From: Candidatus Omnitrophota bacterium
GTDB taxonomy: Bacteria; Omnitrophota; Gorgyraeia; JAHJTE01
Direction: 5' to 3'
DNA length: 64,000 nt
NCBI GenBank assembly: GCA_018830005.1
Contig: JAHJTE010000001.1
Span: forward strand, 321,332 to 385,331
Under the pieces are notes generated by a model. It worked only from the letters and a program-made list of their open reading frames with translations. It was not told the origin of the DNA and did not search any database. How positions within the stretch are numbered: the first letter of the stretch is position 1; every line of letters begins with the position of its first letter. The position numbers were made by a program, and so were the translations under genes. Below, piece after piece: positions 39,534-49,774 of the stretch.

Positions 39534-41031
39534 ATTTTATATTACAACCCCAATCTATTATATTAATGCGAAGCCTCACTTAGGCCATTCTTATACCAAT
39601 ATTGCTGCGGATTGTATTAGCCGTTACAAGCGTCAATTAGGCTATGATTGTTTTTTTCTTACAGGCACAGATGAACATGGCCAAAAGGTTGCTGAGGCTG
39701 CCAAGTTTGCGAATAAGACTCCGCAGGAATTTGCAGATGATACAGTCACCGTATTTAAGGACTTATGGAAGACCCTGCTTATATCTTGTGATGATTTTAT
39801 CCGCACTACGCAAGACAGACACAGAGATTGCGTAAAGAAGATTCTGAATACACTTCATGATAACGGGGATATCTATAAGGCATCCTATAATGGTTGGTAC
39901 TGTGTTCCTTGTGAGACATTCTGGACCGACTCACAACTCGTGGCTCGATACTGCCCAGACTGCAAGCGTCCCATCGAAAAAATCCAAGAGCAGAATTATT
40001 TTTTCAAACTCTCGAAATATCAGGATTGGCTGCTTGAATTTATAAAAGAGCACCCTGATTTTATCTGTCCTCGTTCACGCTATAATGAAGTCTTAAAATT
40101 CCTGGAATCAGAGAAACTTTTGGATTTATGTATCTCTCGTCCGAAATCACGTATTTCCTGGGGCATAGTATTTCCCTTTGATGAAGATATGGTTACCTAC
40201 GTCTGGTTTGATGCACTTATCAACTATATAAGTGCCTTAGGCTTTGGTAGGAGAGATGAATCCAAAATGAAGAGATTTTGGCCTGCAGATATTCATCTTA
40301 TGGCAAAGGATATCTTAAGACAGCATGCGATTTACTGGCCGATAATGCTTAAGGCCCTTAATCTTCCTCTGCCCAAGAAGGTATTTGCACACGGCTGGTG
40401 GATGGTTGAGGCAGGCGATTTATCAGCAGAAGGCGTTAAGATGTCGAAATCAAGAGGAAATGTGGTAGATCCGCTTGATTTGGTTGAGCAATTTGGCATT
40501 GACGCATATCGCTATTTTCTTTTAAGAGAGTTTCCCTTTGGGTTAGACGGAAGGTTTTCTTTGCGGGCATTGATTAAAAGATACAACAGCGATTTAGCGA
40601 ATGACCTTGGGAATTTAGTATACAGAACACTTACCATGATTGAGAAGTATTTTAAGGGTAAAATCCCTAAAGCTGATCTGGAAGATTTCACATTAAAAAA
40701 TGCTAAAGGTTTAATAGAAGAGATCGATAAGATAGATAGTAAAATAGATGAATCTATGGAAGGCCTAGCCTTTACCAGTGCCTTAGACGCTATTTGGCAC
40801 TTAATTAATGGGGCCAATAAATTTATAGAAGAGGTAAAACCCTGGCAACTCTACAAAAATAAAGACTTGAAAGATTTAGCCAAATTTATTGTGTTGTTAG
40901 TCCAAATCCTGAAAAAGGTGAGTTTTCATATTGGGCCGTTCATGCCAAATACATCCGTTAGCATCATCCAGCAGTTAGGCGATAGTGAAGTTAAAAAAGG
41001 CGAACCTCTTTTTCCTCGAATTCAAACTTAA
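39514..41031 (+). CDS. metG: methionyl-tRNA synthetase (short form)
   Basis: 'PIYYINAKPHLGHSYT' (HIGH region), zinc knuckle (CVPC...CPDC) and 'KMSKS', 505 aa. Confidence 0.9.
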   Translation: MDADMAKFYITTPIYYINAKPHLGHSYTNIAADCISRYKRQLGYDCFFLTGTDEHGQKVAEAAKFANKTPQEFADDTVTVFKDLWKTLLISCDDFIRTTQDRHRDCVKKILNTLHDNGDIYKASYNGWYCVPCETFWTDSQLVARYCPDCKRPIEKIQEQNYFFKLSKYQDWLLEFIKEHPDFICPRSRYNEVLKFLESEKLLDLCISRPKSRISWGIVFPFDEDMVTYVWFDALINYISALGFGRRDESKMKRFWPADIHLMAKDILRQHAIYWPIMLKALNLPLPKKVFAHGWWMVEAGDLSAEGVKMSKSRGNVVDPLDLVEQFGIDAYRYFLLREFPFGLDGRFSLRALIKRYNSDLANDLGNLVYRTLTMIEKYFKGKIPKADLEDFTLKNAKGLIEEIDKIDSKIDESMEGLAFTSALDAIWHLINGANKFIEEVKPWQLYKNKDLKDLAKFIVLLVQILKKVSFHIGPFMPNTSVSIIQQLGDSEVKKGEPLFPRIQT

Positions 41032-41804
41032 TGCAGCTTATAGATACACATTGCCATTTAGATTTTCCTCAATTTAATATTGATCGAGATAGCGTAATTG
41101 AGCGGGCAAAAAATAGTGGAATTACTAATATAATTGATGTCGGAGCAAGTATTGAAAGTTCTGAGGCAGCAATAGCTTTAAGTAAGCAATATGATTTTAT
41201 TTATGCAGCTGTTGGCGTTCATCCCCACGAAGCAGATAGGCTAAAGCAGGGTGATTGGCTTTTAATTGAGAAATTAATCAGTCAGGATAAGGTTATTGCT
41301 GTAGGAGAAGTTGGACTTGATTACTACCGTAATCTTTCTTCACCTGCCAGGCAAAAAGATGTATTTAAGAGATTTATTCTACTTGCTAACAAATTTTCCT
41401 TGCCACTGATTGTCCATTGTCGAGAGGCAGAGGAGGATGTCCTTTCACTCCTAAAGGATAATCTGAATACAAAGGCGATAATGCATTGTTTTTCAGGTAA
41501 TGAGGCCTTTTTGAAGAGATGTTTAGATTTAGGTCTTTATGTTTCATTCACCTGCAACGCTACTTATAAAAAAAGCGACAATTTGAGGAATGTTATATCA
41601 CTTACGCCCAGGGATAGATTTTTCCTTGAGACTGACGCACCCTATCTTGCGCCGCAGACCATGCGTGGTAAGCGTAACGAACCAGCCTATTTAAAATATT
41701 TAGTAGCTGAATTAGCTTCTATTTTAAAATTAGATGAAGAGACCATAGCAGATGAGACCACTAAAAATGCCAAGCGTTTTTTTAATCTAGAGAGATGTCA
41801 GTAA
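41031..41804 (+). CDS. tatD: TatD family metal-dependent DNase/hydrolase
   Basis: 'IDTHCHLDF' N-terminus, 257 aa, directly after metG. Confidence 0.85.
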   Translation: MQLIDTHCHLDFPQFNIDRDSVIERAKNSGITNIIDVGASIESSEAAIALSKQYDFIYAAVGVHPHEADRLKQGDWLLIEKLISQDKVIAVGEVGLDYYRNLSSPARQKDVFKRFILLANKFSLPLIVHCREAEEDVLSLLKDNLNTKAIMHCFSGNEAFLKRCLDLGLYVSFTCNATYKKSDNLRNVISLTPRDRFFLETDAPYLAPQTMRGKRNEPAYLKYLVAELASILKLDEETIADETTKNAKRFFNLERCQ

Positions 41805-42829
41805 AGACGATTCAATACCTTAAAGGAAAAATCAGGATTATCGACCAGAGAAAGCTGCCCGCTAAATTGTGTTATATGGATTGTGCTGATGTTAAGAGTC
41901 TCTGGTGGGCAATTAAGAGATTGGCAGTTCGTGGCGCTCCTGCTATCGGGATTGCGGCTGGCCTTGGGGTCTATCTGGGCATCAAGGATTCAAGGGCGAA
42001 GGACTTTAAGGAATTTAAGAGTCAGTTAGAGAAGGTTACACGCTATCTTGCTAAGAGTCGTCCTACTGCGGTTAATCTTTTTTGGGCCTTAGAAAGAATG
42101 ACGTCTATAGCTAAGAAGAATTCCTACCAGCCTATCCCTGTTATAAAGAAACTCTTAAAAAATGAGGCATTCAAGATTTTGGAAGAAGATAGATTTATCT
42201 GCCGTAAAATGGCCCGCTATGGCTCTGGGCTAATAAAGAATCAAGATAAGGTCCTAACTATATGCAATGCGGGTGCCTTGGCAACTGCAGATTACGGTAC
42301 TGCCTTAGGAGTGTTTTATGAGGCAAAAAAAGAAAGAAAAAGAATAAAGGTCTATTCTTTAGAGACAAGGCCGCTGTTGCAGGGCGCGAGATTAACTTGT
42401 TGGGAATTACAGCGAGAGGGAATTGATGTAACCTTGATCTGTGATAACATGGCAGCAGATTTGATGCGTAAAAAAATGATTGATAAGATATTTGTTGGTG
42501 CGGATAGAATTGCCAGAAACGGTGATACAGCCAATAAGATAGGAACCTATAATTTAGCAGTATTGGCAAGGTTTCATGCAATTCCTTTTTATGTTGTGGC
42601 TCCTAAATCTACCTTTGACCTTAAATTGAAAAGCGCAAAATTTATTCCTATTGAACAACGTGATAAAAGAGAAGTTACTCATATCAGAGATAGGTGTATT
42701 GCCCCTTCTAGGATAAAGGTCTATAATCCGGCCTTTGATGTAACCCCTGCTGAGCTAATAACTGCAATTGTTACAGAGAAAGGCATAATCAGGCACCCCC
42801 TTAGAAAGAACATAACCGCGAAACTTTAG
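41795..42829 (+). CDS. mtnA: methylthioribose-1-phosphate isomerase (eIF-2B alpha/beta/delta-like)
   Basis: IF-2B family fold, 344 aa, 'GADRIARNGDTANKIGTY' conserved core. Confidence 0.75.
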   Translation: MSVKTIQYLKGKIRIIDQRKLPAKLCYMDCADVKSLWWAIKRLAVRGAPAIGIAAGLGVYLGIKDSRAKDFKEFKSQLEKVTRYLAKSRPTAVNLFWALERMTSIAKKNSYQPIPVIKKLLKNEAFKILEEDRFICRKMARYGSGLIKNQDKVLTICNAGALATADYGTALGVFYEAKKERKRIKVYSLETRPLLQGARLTCWELQREGIDVTLICDNMAADLMRKKMIDKIFVGADRIARNGDTANKIGTYNLAVLARFHAIPFYVVAPKSTFDLKLKSAKFIPIEQRDKREVTHIRDRCIAPSRIKVYNPAFDVTPAELITAIVTEKGIIRHPLRKNITAKL

Positions 42830-42848
42830 CTAAAGTCTTTGTTTTAAT

Positions 42849-43757
42849 ATGAAACGCCTAAAGGATATTGGTGAATTTGGATTAATTGAACGTATAAGGA
42901 AGAGACTGAGGCCTTGTCCTGGTTGTATCAAGGGTATTGGTGATGATGCAGCTGTTTTGGTTTCCAAAAGAGAAGAATTTATGTTGCTGACCACTGATAG
43001 TCTTGTAGAAGGAGTTCATTTTAAAAAAGGCGATAATCCTAAGGCTATTGGCCGCAAGGCTATTTCTGTTTCTATCAGCGATATCGCGGCCATGGGCGGA
43101 GAACCTCAATACTGCACAACCTCTATTGGCGCACCTGGCGATATGTCCCTAAATAAAATTGATAATATTTTTTCTGGGATTCTGCAAAGGGCAAAGGAAT
43201 TTAAAGTTGCGATAGTAGGAGGCGATACTGTTCGATCAAAAAATTTAATAATTAATACTGCCCTGATTGGCAAGGTAGAAAGAAAGTCTCTAGTCACACG
43301 TGATGGAGCAAGGGTAAATGATATTATTTTCCTAAGCGGCAGAGTGGGTGGTTCATCTTGCCTCAAGCGCCATTTAAACTTCAGGCCACACTTGGAAGAA
43401 AGCAGGTTTCTAGTAAAAAATTTTCGGATTAATTCCATGATTGATTTATCAGATGGTCTGTTTAGCGATTTATGCAAACTCTGCAAGGAAAGTAATGTAG
43501 GAGCCGTAATCTATGAAGAGCTGATTCCGTTTAATAAAGACGTGAATCTTACCTCGGCCCTATATGAAGGAGAGGACTTTAAGCTTCTTTTTACTGTTGC
43601 GCCAGATATGGCTAAGAAGGTTTCTGCTATTTACGATTATAGATTTTTTCCCATTGGTCATATCCAAGACAAAAGATTTGGTCTGAAGTTAGTCGGAAAA
43701 GGCCCTAATAGAGAAGAGGTCAGTTTAGCTGATAAATCCTTCAAGCATTTTAGATGA
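42849..43757 (+). CDS. thiL: thiamine-monophosphate kinase
   Basis: AIR-synthase-related N and C domains with the 'GEFGLIERI...IGDDAAVL' N-terminus. Confidence 0.8.
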   Translation: MKRLKDIGEFGLIERIRKRLRPCPGCIKGIGDDAAVLVSKREEFMLLTTDSLVEGVHFKKGDNPKAIGRKAISVSISDIAAMGGEPQYCTTSIGAPGDMSLNKIDNIFSGILQRAKEFKVAIVGGDTVRSKNLIINTALIGKVERKSLVTRDGARVNDIIFLSGRVGGSSCLKRHLNFRPHLEESRFLVKNFRINSMIDLSDGLFSDLCKLCKESNVGAVIYEELIPFNKDVNLTSALYEGEDFKLLFTVAPDMAKKVSAIYDYRFFPIGHIQDKRFGLKLVGKGPNREEVSLADKSFKHFR

Positions 43758-43765
43758 GTTGATCC

Positions 43766-44221
43766 ATGAAGATTATTACTACAACCTCACCTCGCAAGAC
43801 ATTCGACTTTGGTGTTTTTATTGCACATCAATTAAACAAGGGAGATATAATTTGTCTTTTTGGTCAACTAGGCAGTGGAAAGACGGTTCTTATTAAAGGC
43901 ATCGCCTCTGGTCTGGAGATTGCTAAAGATATTGTCAGTAGTCCTTCTTTTGTGCTTTTAAAGCAATACAAAGGCAGTATGGTCTTAAATCATTTTGATC
44001 TATTCCGATTAAAAAAAATAGAAGAGATTTTGGATTTAGGTTTTGAAGAATATGTTTACTCCAATGACATAAGCGTGATTGAGTGGGCAGAACGTTTAGG
44101 TGATTGCCTGCCGCAAGACTTTTTAGGAATAAAACTTACTATCCTTGGAGCTAATAAAAGAAGGCTTAGTCTTTTTGCAAACGGCGCACATTATAAGAGC
44201 TTGCTTAAGAATCTAAAATGA
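43766..44221 (+). CDS. tsaE: tRNA t6A37 threonylcarbamoyladenosine biosynthesis ATPase
   Basis: 'GQLGSGKT' P-loop in a ~150-aa YjeE-family protein, upstream of tsaB. Confidence 0.8.
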   Translation: MKIITTTSPRKTFDFGVFIAHQLNKGDIICLFGQLGSGKTVLIKGIASGLEIAKDIVSSPSFVLLKQYKGSMVLNHFDLFRLKKIEEILDLGFEEYVYSNDISVIEWAERLGDCLPQDFLGIKLTILGANKRRLSLFANGAHYKSLLKNLK

Positions 44222-44928
44222 ATATATTGGCAATTGAATCTTCTTCCCAGATTTTATCTGTAGCCTTAAGCTGTAAAGGTTCGCTTAGGTGTCAATTTAG
44301 AAGCTCAAGACAATTTAAGTCTGAACACATTACAGGCCTTATCAAAAAAAGCCTTGATGAGTCTGGATTGAAGATTTGCCAATTAGATTATATTGCTGTA
44401 GGCTTAGGGCCAGGTTCCTTTACAGGTTTGCGGGTAGGAATTGCTACAGCCCTAGGATTAGCTCAAGGGGCGGGTTTGGAAATTATTGGCATTGGAAGCC
44501 TGGATCTGATCGCTGCAAATGTTAGTGGTGTTGGAAATTCTGATATTTGTGCTATTGTTGATGCACGTAGAGATAATCTATATGCTGCTATATATCAGCG
44601 TCCAAAACATAAAAAGAGATTAGCCTTGAGGAAAAAGATGGATTATTCTCTTCTAAAATCAGAAGAATTATTAAAGAAAATAAATTCTCCCACCATTTTT
44701 GTTGGAGATGGCTTGGAAAATTTTAAAGAAAAGTTAGGAAAGAAAAAGTCAAGGATAGCATCTTTTGCATCGAAAAATTTATGGTTTCCCAGGGCGAGCG
44801 TTCTTTGCAATTTAGCCCTTGAGTCCCTAAAAAATAAAAGAAATATCAACAGGGATAGAAATAAATTGTTGCCGATTTATCTTTACCCTAAGGAGTGCCA
44901 GATTCGCAATGCAAAAGAAAAAAAATAA
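44218..44928 (+). CDS. tsaB: tRNA t6A37 biosynthesis protein TsaB (YeaZ; inactive Kae1 paralogue)
   Basis: 'ILAIESSS' N-terminus, 236 aa, ASKHA fold. Confidence 0.8.
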   Translation: MNILAIESSSQILSVALSCKGSLRCQFRSSRQFKSEHITGLIKKSLDESGLKICQLDYIAVGLGPGSFTGLRVGIATALGLAQGAGLEIIGIGSLDLIAANVSGVGNSDICAIVDARRDNLYAAIYQRPKHKKRLALRKKMDYSLLKSEELLKKINSPTIFVGDGLENFKEKLGKKKSRIASFASKNLWFPRASVLCNLALESLKNKRNINRDRNKLLPIYLYPKECQIRNAKEKK

Positions 44929-46045
44929 ACAATTGCCTCCATTAGTCTGGGCAGATATTGAGCTTTCAAGTATTGCCAGAAATTATTCCTGCCTCAAAAG
45001 AACAATAGGGCGCAAAGGTAAGATTATGGCAGTTGTAAAGGCAGATGCTTATGGTCATGGACTTATTCCAGTGTCTTTGTGTTTGTCTCGGCTGGGTGCT
45101 GATTATTTGGCAGTGGCTTCGCTAGATGAGGCGTTGAGCTTAAGAGAGACTGGAATAAAAAAGGCGATTTTAGTGATTAACACTGTTGCTGATAATCAGC
45201 TGCAATATCTCATCAAACATGATATTACTGCGACAATCTCATCTCTGAGGCAGGCTAAAATTTTGAATGGTTTGGCCGCAGCTTTTAATAAAAATATAAA
45301 GGTGCATATTGAAATTGATACTGGAATGGGAAGGTGTGGCATTTGGTATAAACATGCTAGCAAGACAGTTAAGGACATTGTTAGTTTAGGGCGTATTGAT
45401 GCAGAAGGAATTTTTACACATTTTCCTTGCGCTGATAGCGATATATCTTTTACAAAAAAGCAGATTACTAATTTTAAAAATCTTCTAGAGGAGCTTAAGG
45501 CGGCAGGCATTTATTTTAAATTGATCCATACTGCAAATAGCGCAGGAATTGTTAATTTTGCTCCTGATTACTGCAATATGGTAAGACCTGGCCTAATGCT
45601 CTACGGTGCTAGCTGGGATAAGAAGCTTAGGAAGAAATTGAAGTTAGAGCCAGCGATGAGCTTTAAAACACGCATTGTGTTTTTAAAGAAGGTCTCTAAG
45701 GGCCGGTCTATAAGTTATGGCAGGACATACATTGCTAAATCTCCCCGTATTATTGCTACAATTGCCGCAGGCTATGCTGATGGTTATAATCGTCTTCTTT
45801 CTGAAAGAGGAGAAGTGCTTATTAGAGGAAAGCGCGCTAGGGTAATAGGGAGAGTTTGTATGGACAGCACAATGGTTGATGTAACTTCAATAAAGGCAGC
45901 TAAGGTTGGAGATGAGGTAGTTTTATTTGGTAGGAAAGGCAAACATCTATTGGCTGTAGAAGAGATTGCCTATCTCTGTAAAACCATACCTTATGAAATA
46001 TTCTGTAGTGTTTCTAAAAGAGTGAGGAGATTCTATAGAAAATGA
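44909..46045 (+). CDS. alr: alanine racemase
   Basis: PLP-lysine motif 'AVVKADAYGHG', 378 aa. Confidence 0.85.
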   Translation: MQKKKNKQLPPLVWADIELSSIARNYSCLKRTIGRKGKIMAVVKADAYGHGLIPVSLCLSRLGADYLAVASLDEALSLRETGIKKAILVINTVADNQLQYLIKHDITATISSLRQAKILNGLAAAFNKNIKVHIEIDTGMGRCGIWYKHASKTVKDIVSLGRIDAEGIFTHFPCADSDISFTKKQITNFKNLLEELKAAGIYFKLIHTANSAGIVNFAPDYCNMVRPGLMLYGASWDKKLRKKLKLEPAMSFKTRIVFLKKVSKGRSISYGRTYIAKSPRIIATIAAGYADGYNRLLSERGEVLIRGKRARVIGRVCMDSTMVDVTSIKAAKVGDEVVLFGRKGKHLLAVEEIAYLCKTIPYEIFCSVSKRVRRFYRK

Positions 46046-46049
46046 ATGA

Positions 46050-46071
46050 CTCTGCTCGAAGAGAGCAGTTT
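46050..46071. terminator. putative bidirectional intrinsic terminator between convergent alr (+) and lptG (-)
   Basis: Hairpin CTGCTC-gaaga-GAGCAG (46052-46068) is followed by TTT on the + strand and by a T-rich tract on the - strand. It sits between the alr stop (46045) and the lptG stop (46070). Confidence 0.4.
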
Positions 46072-47164
46072 AAGGCTGTCTTTTTATAAGCACTACCCCT
46101 ATCAGAAAGAATGCCGCATTAGCCAGCCAGGCAGCAACTAAAGCCGGTATAAATCCTTCCTTAGCAAAGGCAATACTCATTGAATTAATCACATAATAAA
46201 AGAATGCCAGGACAATTGATATCCCTAAACTTGAGGCGAGTTGACCTTTTCTCTTTATAGAAAGAGAAAAGGGTATGCTAATGAACATAAGTATAACCGC
46301 AGTCATGGGAGAAGAAAATCGACTCTTTATTTCTACATTGAAGTTTCTTAAGACAGCTTTTGCATTTGTGTGTTTTAACCTCTGGCGGTAGTCTCTAAGT
46401 TGTTTGACATTCATATAGGAAATCTTAAGTTGCTGTTTCCTTATGTCCTGAGGAGTATCTTCGAAATTCATCACCTTTGCCTTCATATATTCAGGTTCCC
46501 CTACAAGTTCATTGTTTAATCCGTATTTGTAGGTTATACAATCATATAAAATCCAGCGCCCATCTTTATATTCTCCAGAACCGGATACGATTTTGGCAGT
46601 AACGTTCTGATTCTCATCTTGTTCAAAGATGACAATTCCACTTAAAGTGTTATCCTTAGGGTCAAATAGACTTATAAAAAATAGTCTGTTATCCAGGCCA
46701 TAGATTGCAGCATTCCTAATAGGCTGGTCTGAGAGATGTTTATCTTTCATACCCATCTGTTTTACTTTTATTTCCAATAGTTTATATTGGGAGGCAGGCA
46801 GGATTCTCTCGCTGACGAAAAAGACGAGACAACTTATAGCCAATCCTGTAATTAGCACCACTCTTGTTATTTGCCAGATGCTTAGACCAGATGAGCGCAT
46901 GGCAATAATCTCATTAGTATTATTAAGACGCGAAAGCGTGTAGACCATAGCCAGAAGGGCAGCTACGGGTGCAATTTCAATAAAAATTTTCGGGGTAAAT
47001 GCAAGATAATATACTCGTAGTGTATCGAAATCGAGTTGATTTTTTATTATCTCATCAAGATTACTGAAAAGGTCAATAATGATATATAAAGAGAGGAATA
47101 TAGTGACTGTAGCGATAAAGGCGAGAATGAATAGTCCTACTAGATATTTATCTAAGATACGCAT
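46070..47164 (-). CDS. lptG: LPS export ABC permease (YjgP/YjgQ family)
   Basis: 6-TM LptF/LptG family with a periplasmic beta-jellyroll insert, 364 aa. Second of a tandem pair. Confidence 0.75.
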   Translation of the reverse strand: MRILDKYLVGLFILAFIATVTIFLSLYIIIDLFSNLDEIIKNQLDFDTLRVYYLAFTPKIFIEIAPVAALLAMVYTLSRLNNTNEIIAMRSSGLSIWQITRVVLITGLAISCLVFFVSERILPASQYKLLEIKVKQMGMKDKHLSDQPIRNAAIYGLDNRLFFISLFDPKDNTLSGIVIFEQDENQNVTAKIVSGSGEYKDGRWILYDCITYKYGLNNELVGEPEYMKAKVMNFEDTPQDIRKQQLKISYMNVKQLRDYRQRLKHTNAKAVLRNFNVEIKSRFSSPMTAVILMFISIPFSLSIKRKGQLASSLGISIVLAFFYYVINSMSIAFAKEGFIPALVAAWLANAAFFLIGVVLIKRQP

Positions 47165-48240
47165 ATTCTAAAATTAAGAATTACACCCCAGGTTAAATAG
47201 ATAATGTCAGGTACCCACATAATAACTGGTGGCAGGAATAGTTGTGATACTATGGCCTGTGCTCCTAGGTGGAGAATGAAATAGAGAAGCGCTAAGAAGA
47301 AGGCGACTGCTATGCTACTTTTCTTTCTGTGGTGCCGACCCAAAGCAAGGGCAATAGGACAACCCAGTAAAGCAAAGATAAAAGGAGAAACAGAAAAGGC
47401 CATTCTTTTATGGATTTCAGTGATAAGAGGGTGGGCTTGGATCCCTATATCCTTTAGCTCTTCTGATTTAGAAAACAGCTCTGCAACGGTTAAATTTTTA
47501 GGTTTTATGTCTATCTCCCTGTTTTGTCCTGCCAGGTTTAAAGTCATGAAGAAAGTCCTAAATTGCAATTTATAGTAGTTTTCCGGGTTTGTTGGGTCTA
47601 TTTCATCGCTAGTACCGTTCATAAGCTTGAGTTTGATCTTCTTTTCATTTGGGAGGGAAATGAATTCACCCTTTTTTGCCACAATTGTTCTTGTGGGTTT
47701 GTCTTTTTGTGGCTCATATATACGTACCTTGTTTAGCTTGTTGCCATCTATATCGTAAATAAACAGAATATAGCGTTCGAAGGAATTAATGAATACGCCT
47801 GGCTCTAATGCTGCCGCAGGATTCTTAAGTCCGACTTCTGTAAGCGCCCTTTTTGAGGCTAGAAGCGTGCGGCTGATGATGCGGTCATTTAAAAGAAAAA
47901 GCACAAGACTTAAAATTACGCCCACAGTTACAAACGGTGCAATTAGATGCCAGAGGTTAACACCGCTTGTTCTTATGGCAAGAAGTTCATTATCAGATCC
48001 AAGTCGGACAAAGGTAAAGAGTATTCCGACAAGAAAAGCAACAGGCAGGGTATAGCTAGCAAGATATGGGATATAAAGTGCAAATAATTTAAATACCATT
48101 AGGATACTTACGCCTTTGTTGACGACCATATCAACTAATTTTATCAAGTTACCCATCAGCATCACAAAGGTAAGGATGAGCAGGGAGAGAATAAAGGGAG
48201 ATATGAATTCTTTTAAGAGATAGTTTCTAATAATTTTCAT
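47152..48240 (-). CDS. lptF: LPS export ABC permease (YjgP/YjgQ family)
   Basis: Same family, 362 aa, first of the pair. Confidence 0.75.
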   Translation of the reverse strand: MKIIRNYLLKEFISPFILSLLILTFVMLMGNLIKLVDMVVNKGVSILMVFKLFALYIPYLASYTLPVAFLVGILFTFVRLGSDNELLAIRTSGVNLWHLIAPFVTVGVILSLVLFLLNDRIISRTLLASKRALTEVGLKNPAAALEPGVFINSFERYILFIYDIDGNKLNKVRIYEPQKDKPTRTIVAKKGEFISLPNEKKIKLKLMNGTSDEIDPTNPENYYKLQFRTFFMTLNLAGQNREIDIKPKNLTVAELFSKSEELKDIGIQAHPLITEIHKRMAFSVSPFIFALLGCPIALALGRHHRKKSSIAVAFFLALLYFILHLGAQAIVSQLFLPPVIMWVPDIIYLTWGVILNFRICVS

Positions 48241-48257
48241 CGATAATTATTTTTTAC

Positions 48258-49061
48258 TTAGAGTCGTGTTCTGGCAAGAGTTAATACATCCACGCGCCAA
48301 GCACCGTCTTGCTTTAGAGCATTAGCAATTTCAGAGACCGTTGAACCCGTTGTAAAAACATCATCAATAATCAATACCTTTTTATCTTTGAAGGCATCTT
48401 TGCAGCTTACCCTGAAGGCATCCTTGACATTGTTAAGGCGTTCCCTGACCTTAAGTTGAGCTTGTGGATGATACCTGTGCTTACTAGTTAATTTACCACA
48501 ACTTATTGGGATGTCAAAGTAAGATTGGATGTCTCCTGTTAAAATCTGACTGTGGTTAACGTCTCTTTGGCGTAATCGCGCAGGATGCATGGGAACAGGC
48601 AGAAGTAAATCATAATCTTGCATTGGCAAATGAGAGTCTTTTATGAACCGGGTTAAGATCGGAGTGAACAATTTTTTTAGTTTCAGCTTCAAATTATATT
48701 TGAAAAGATGAATCAATTTTTTAAGAGGCTCTTCATAAATACATGCACTCCAAGCACGGTCAAAGTGAAAATTTCTATTCTTACAAGCAGGACAACTTTT
48801 GTTATAGTCTAAATGCAATGTAAGGCCGCATCTTTTGCAGAAGATACCCCTGTTGTATTTGATTTTTTGATAGCAACATTGGCATATAAGATTTTCGCTT
48901 AAATCCGCCCTAAGCATTGTATTGCAAGAAAGACATTTTGCAGGGTATATTATATTTATGAGGGGTCTTAGTAAGCCTGTGGACATATTTTGATTTAAGT
49001 CCAATGTGCTAGCGAGCAAGAGGAACCCAAATATATTAGCATTCAAGACCTCATTTGTCAA
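48258..49061 (-). CDS. comF: ComF family protein (zinc finger + phosphoribosyltransferase domain)
   Basis: N-terminal Cys-rich zinc ribbon and C-terminal PRTase 'VLIIDDVFTTGSTV'. Confidence 0.7.
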   Translation of the reverse strand: MTNEVLNANIFGFLLLASTLDLNQNMSTGLLRPLINIIYPAKCLSCNTMLRADLSENLICQCCYQKIKYNRGIFCKRCGLTLHLDYNKSCPACKNRNFHFDRAWSACIYEEPLKKLIHLFKYNLKLKLKKLFTPILTRFIKDSHLPMQDYDLLLPVPMHPARLRQRDVNHSQILTGDIQSYFDIPISCGKLTSKHRYHPQAQLKVRERLNNVKDAFRVSCKDAFKDKKVLIIDDVFTTGSTVSEIANALKQDGAWRVDVLTLARTRL

Positions 49062-49144
49062 TCAAACTAGTTTTTCCCAAATAAACCAGCCCTCAGTTTC
49101 TGGTTAGAGATGTCTTGATTACTTCAAAAGCTTGAGTCAAACCA

Positions 49145-49173
49145 TTGACAATTAAGTGAATTCTTAGTACAAT
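49145..49173 (+). promoter_or_regulatory. sigma70-like promoter for pyrE (TTGACA-17 bp-TACAAT)
   Basis: -35 at 49145-49150 and -10 at 49168-49173. The -10 overlaps the ORF-finder ATG at 49172, so translation more likely starts at ATG 49178 (leaderless) or 49199. Confidence 0.5.
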
Positions 49174-49774
49174 GAAAATGGTTTATTTTAAATTAATTAT
49201 GTCCCAAATAGAAGATTTAAATACATATCGAAAGAAGCTTTTTACTCTTATAGCGAAAGATGCTTACCATAAGCAGGCAATTATTTTATCCAGCGGTAAG
49301 AAAAGCCCCTATTATATTGATGCTAGGGTAGTTACGTTAAGTCCTGAAGGCGCCTATTATGTTTCTTGTCTTATTCTTTCTATGCTTAAGGATATGCCTG
49401 GCATAAAGGCTATTGGCGGTCCGACAATTGGCGCTGATCCTATTGTAGGAGCAATTGCAGCAGTAAGTTTTCAAGAAGAGACACCTCTCAAGACCTTTAT
49501 TATTCGTAAATCTAAAAAGGCCTATGGTAAGCGCAGGCAGATCGAAGGTCCAGATATCGAATCCGGAAGTTCTGTAGTTATTGTGGATGATGTTGCTACA
49601 ACCGGTTCATCATTAGTAGAGTCAGTAAAGATTTTGCAAGATTCTTCGCTTATCGTTAAAGCAGCAATTGTAATTGTAGATAGAGAAGAAGGGGCAGGAG
49701 AAAATCTTGCGCAGTTTAATGTCCCTTTGAAGTCGCTTTTTAAAGGAAACGATTTTTTAAACCTCCATGCTTGA
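49172..49774 (+). CDS. pyrE: orotate phosphoribosyltransferase
   Basis: 'KKSPYYIDARVV' and PRPP-binding 'VVIVDDVATTGSS' motifs. The true start is probably 49178 or 49199. Confidence 0.8.
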   Translation: MKMVYFKLIMSQIEDLNTYRKKLFTLIAKDAYHKQAIILSSGKKSPYYIDARVVTLSPEGAYYVSCLILSMLKDMPGIKAIGGPTIGADPIVGAIAAVSFQEETPLKTFIIRKSKKAYGKRRQIEGPDIESGSSVVIVDDVATTGSSLVESVKILQDSSLIVKAAIVIVDREEGAGENLAQFNVPLKSLFKGNDFLNLHA

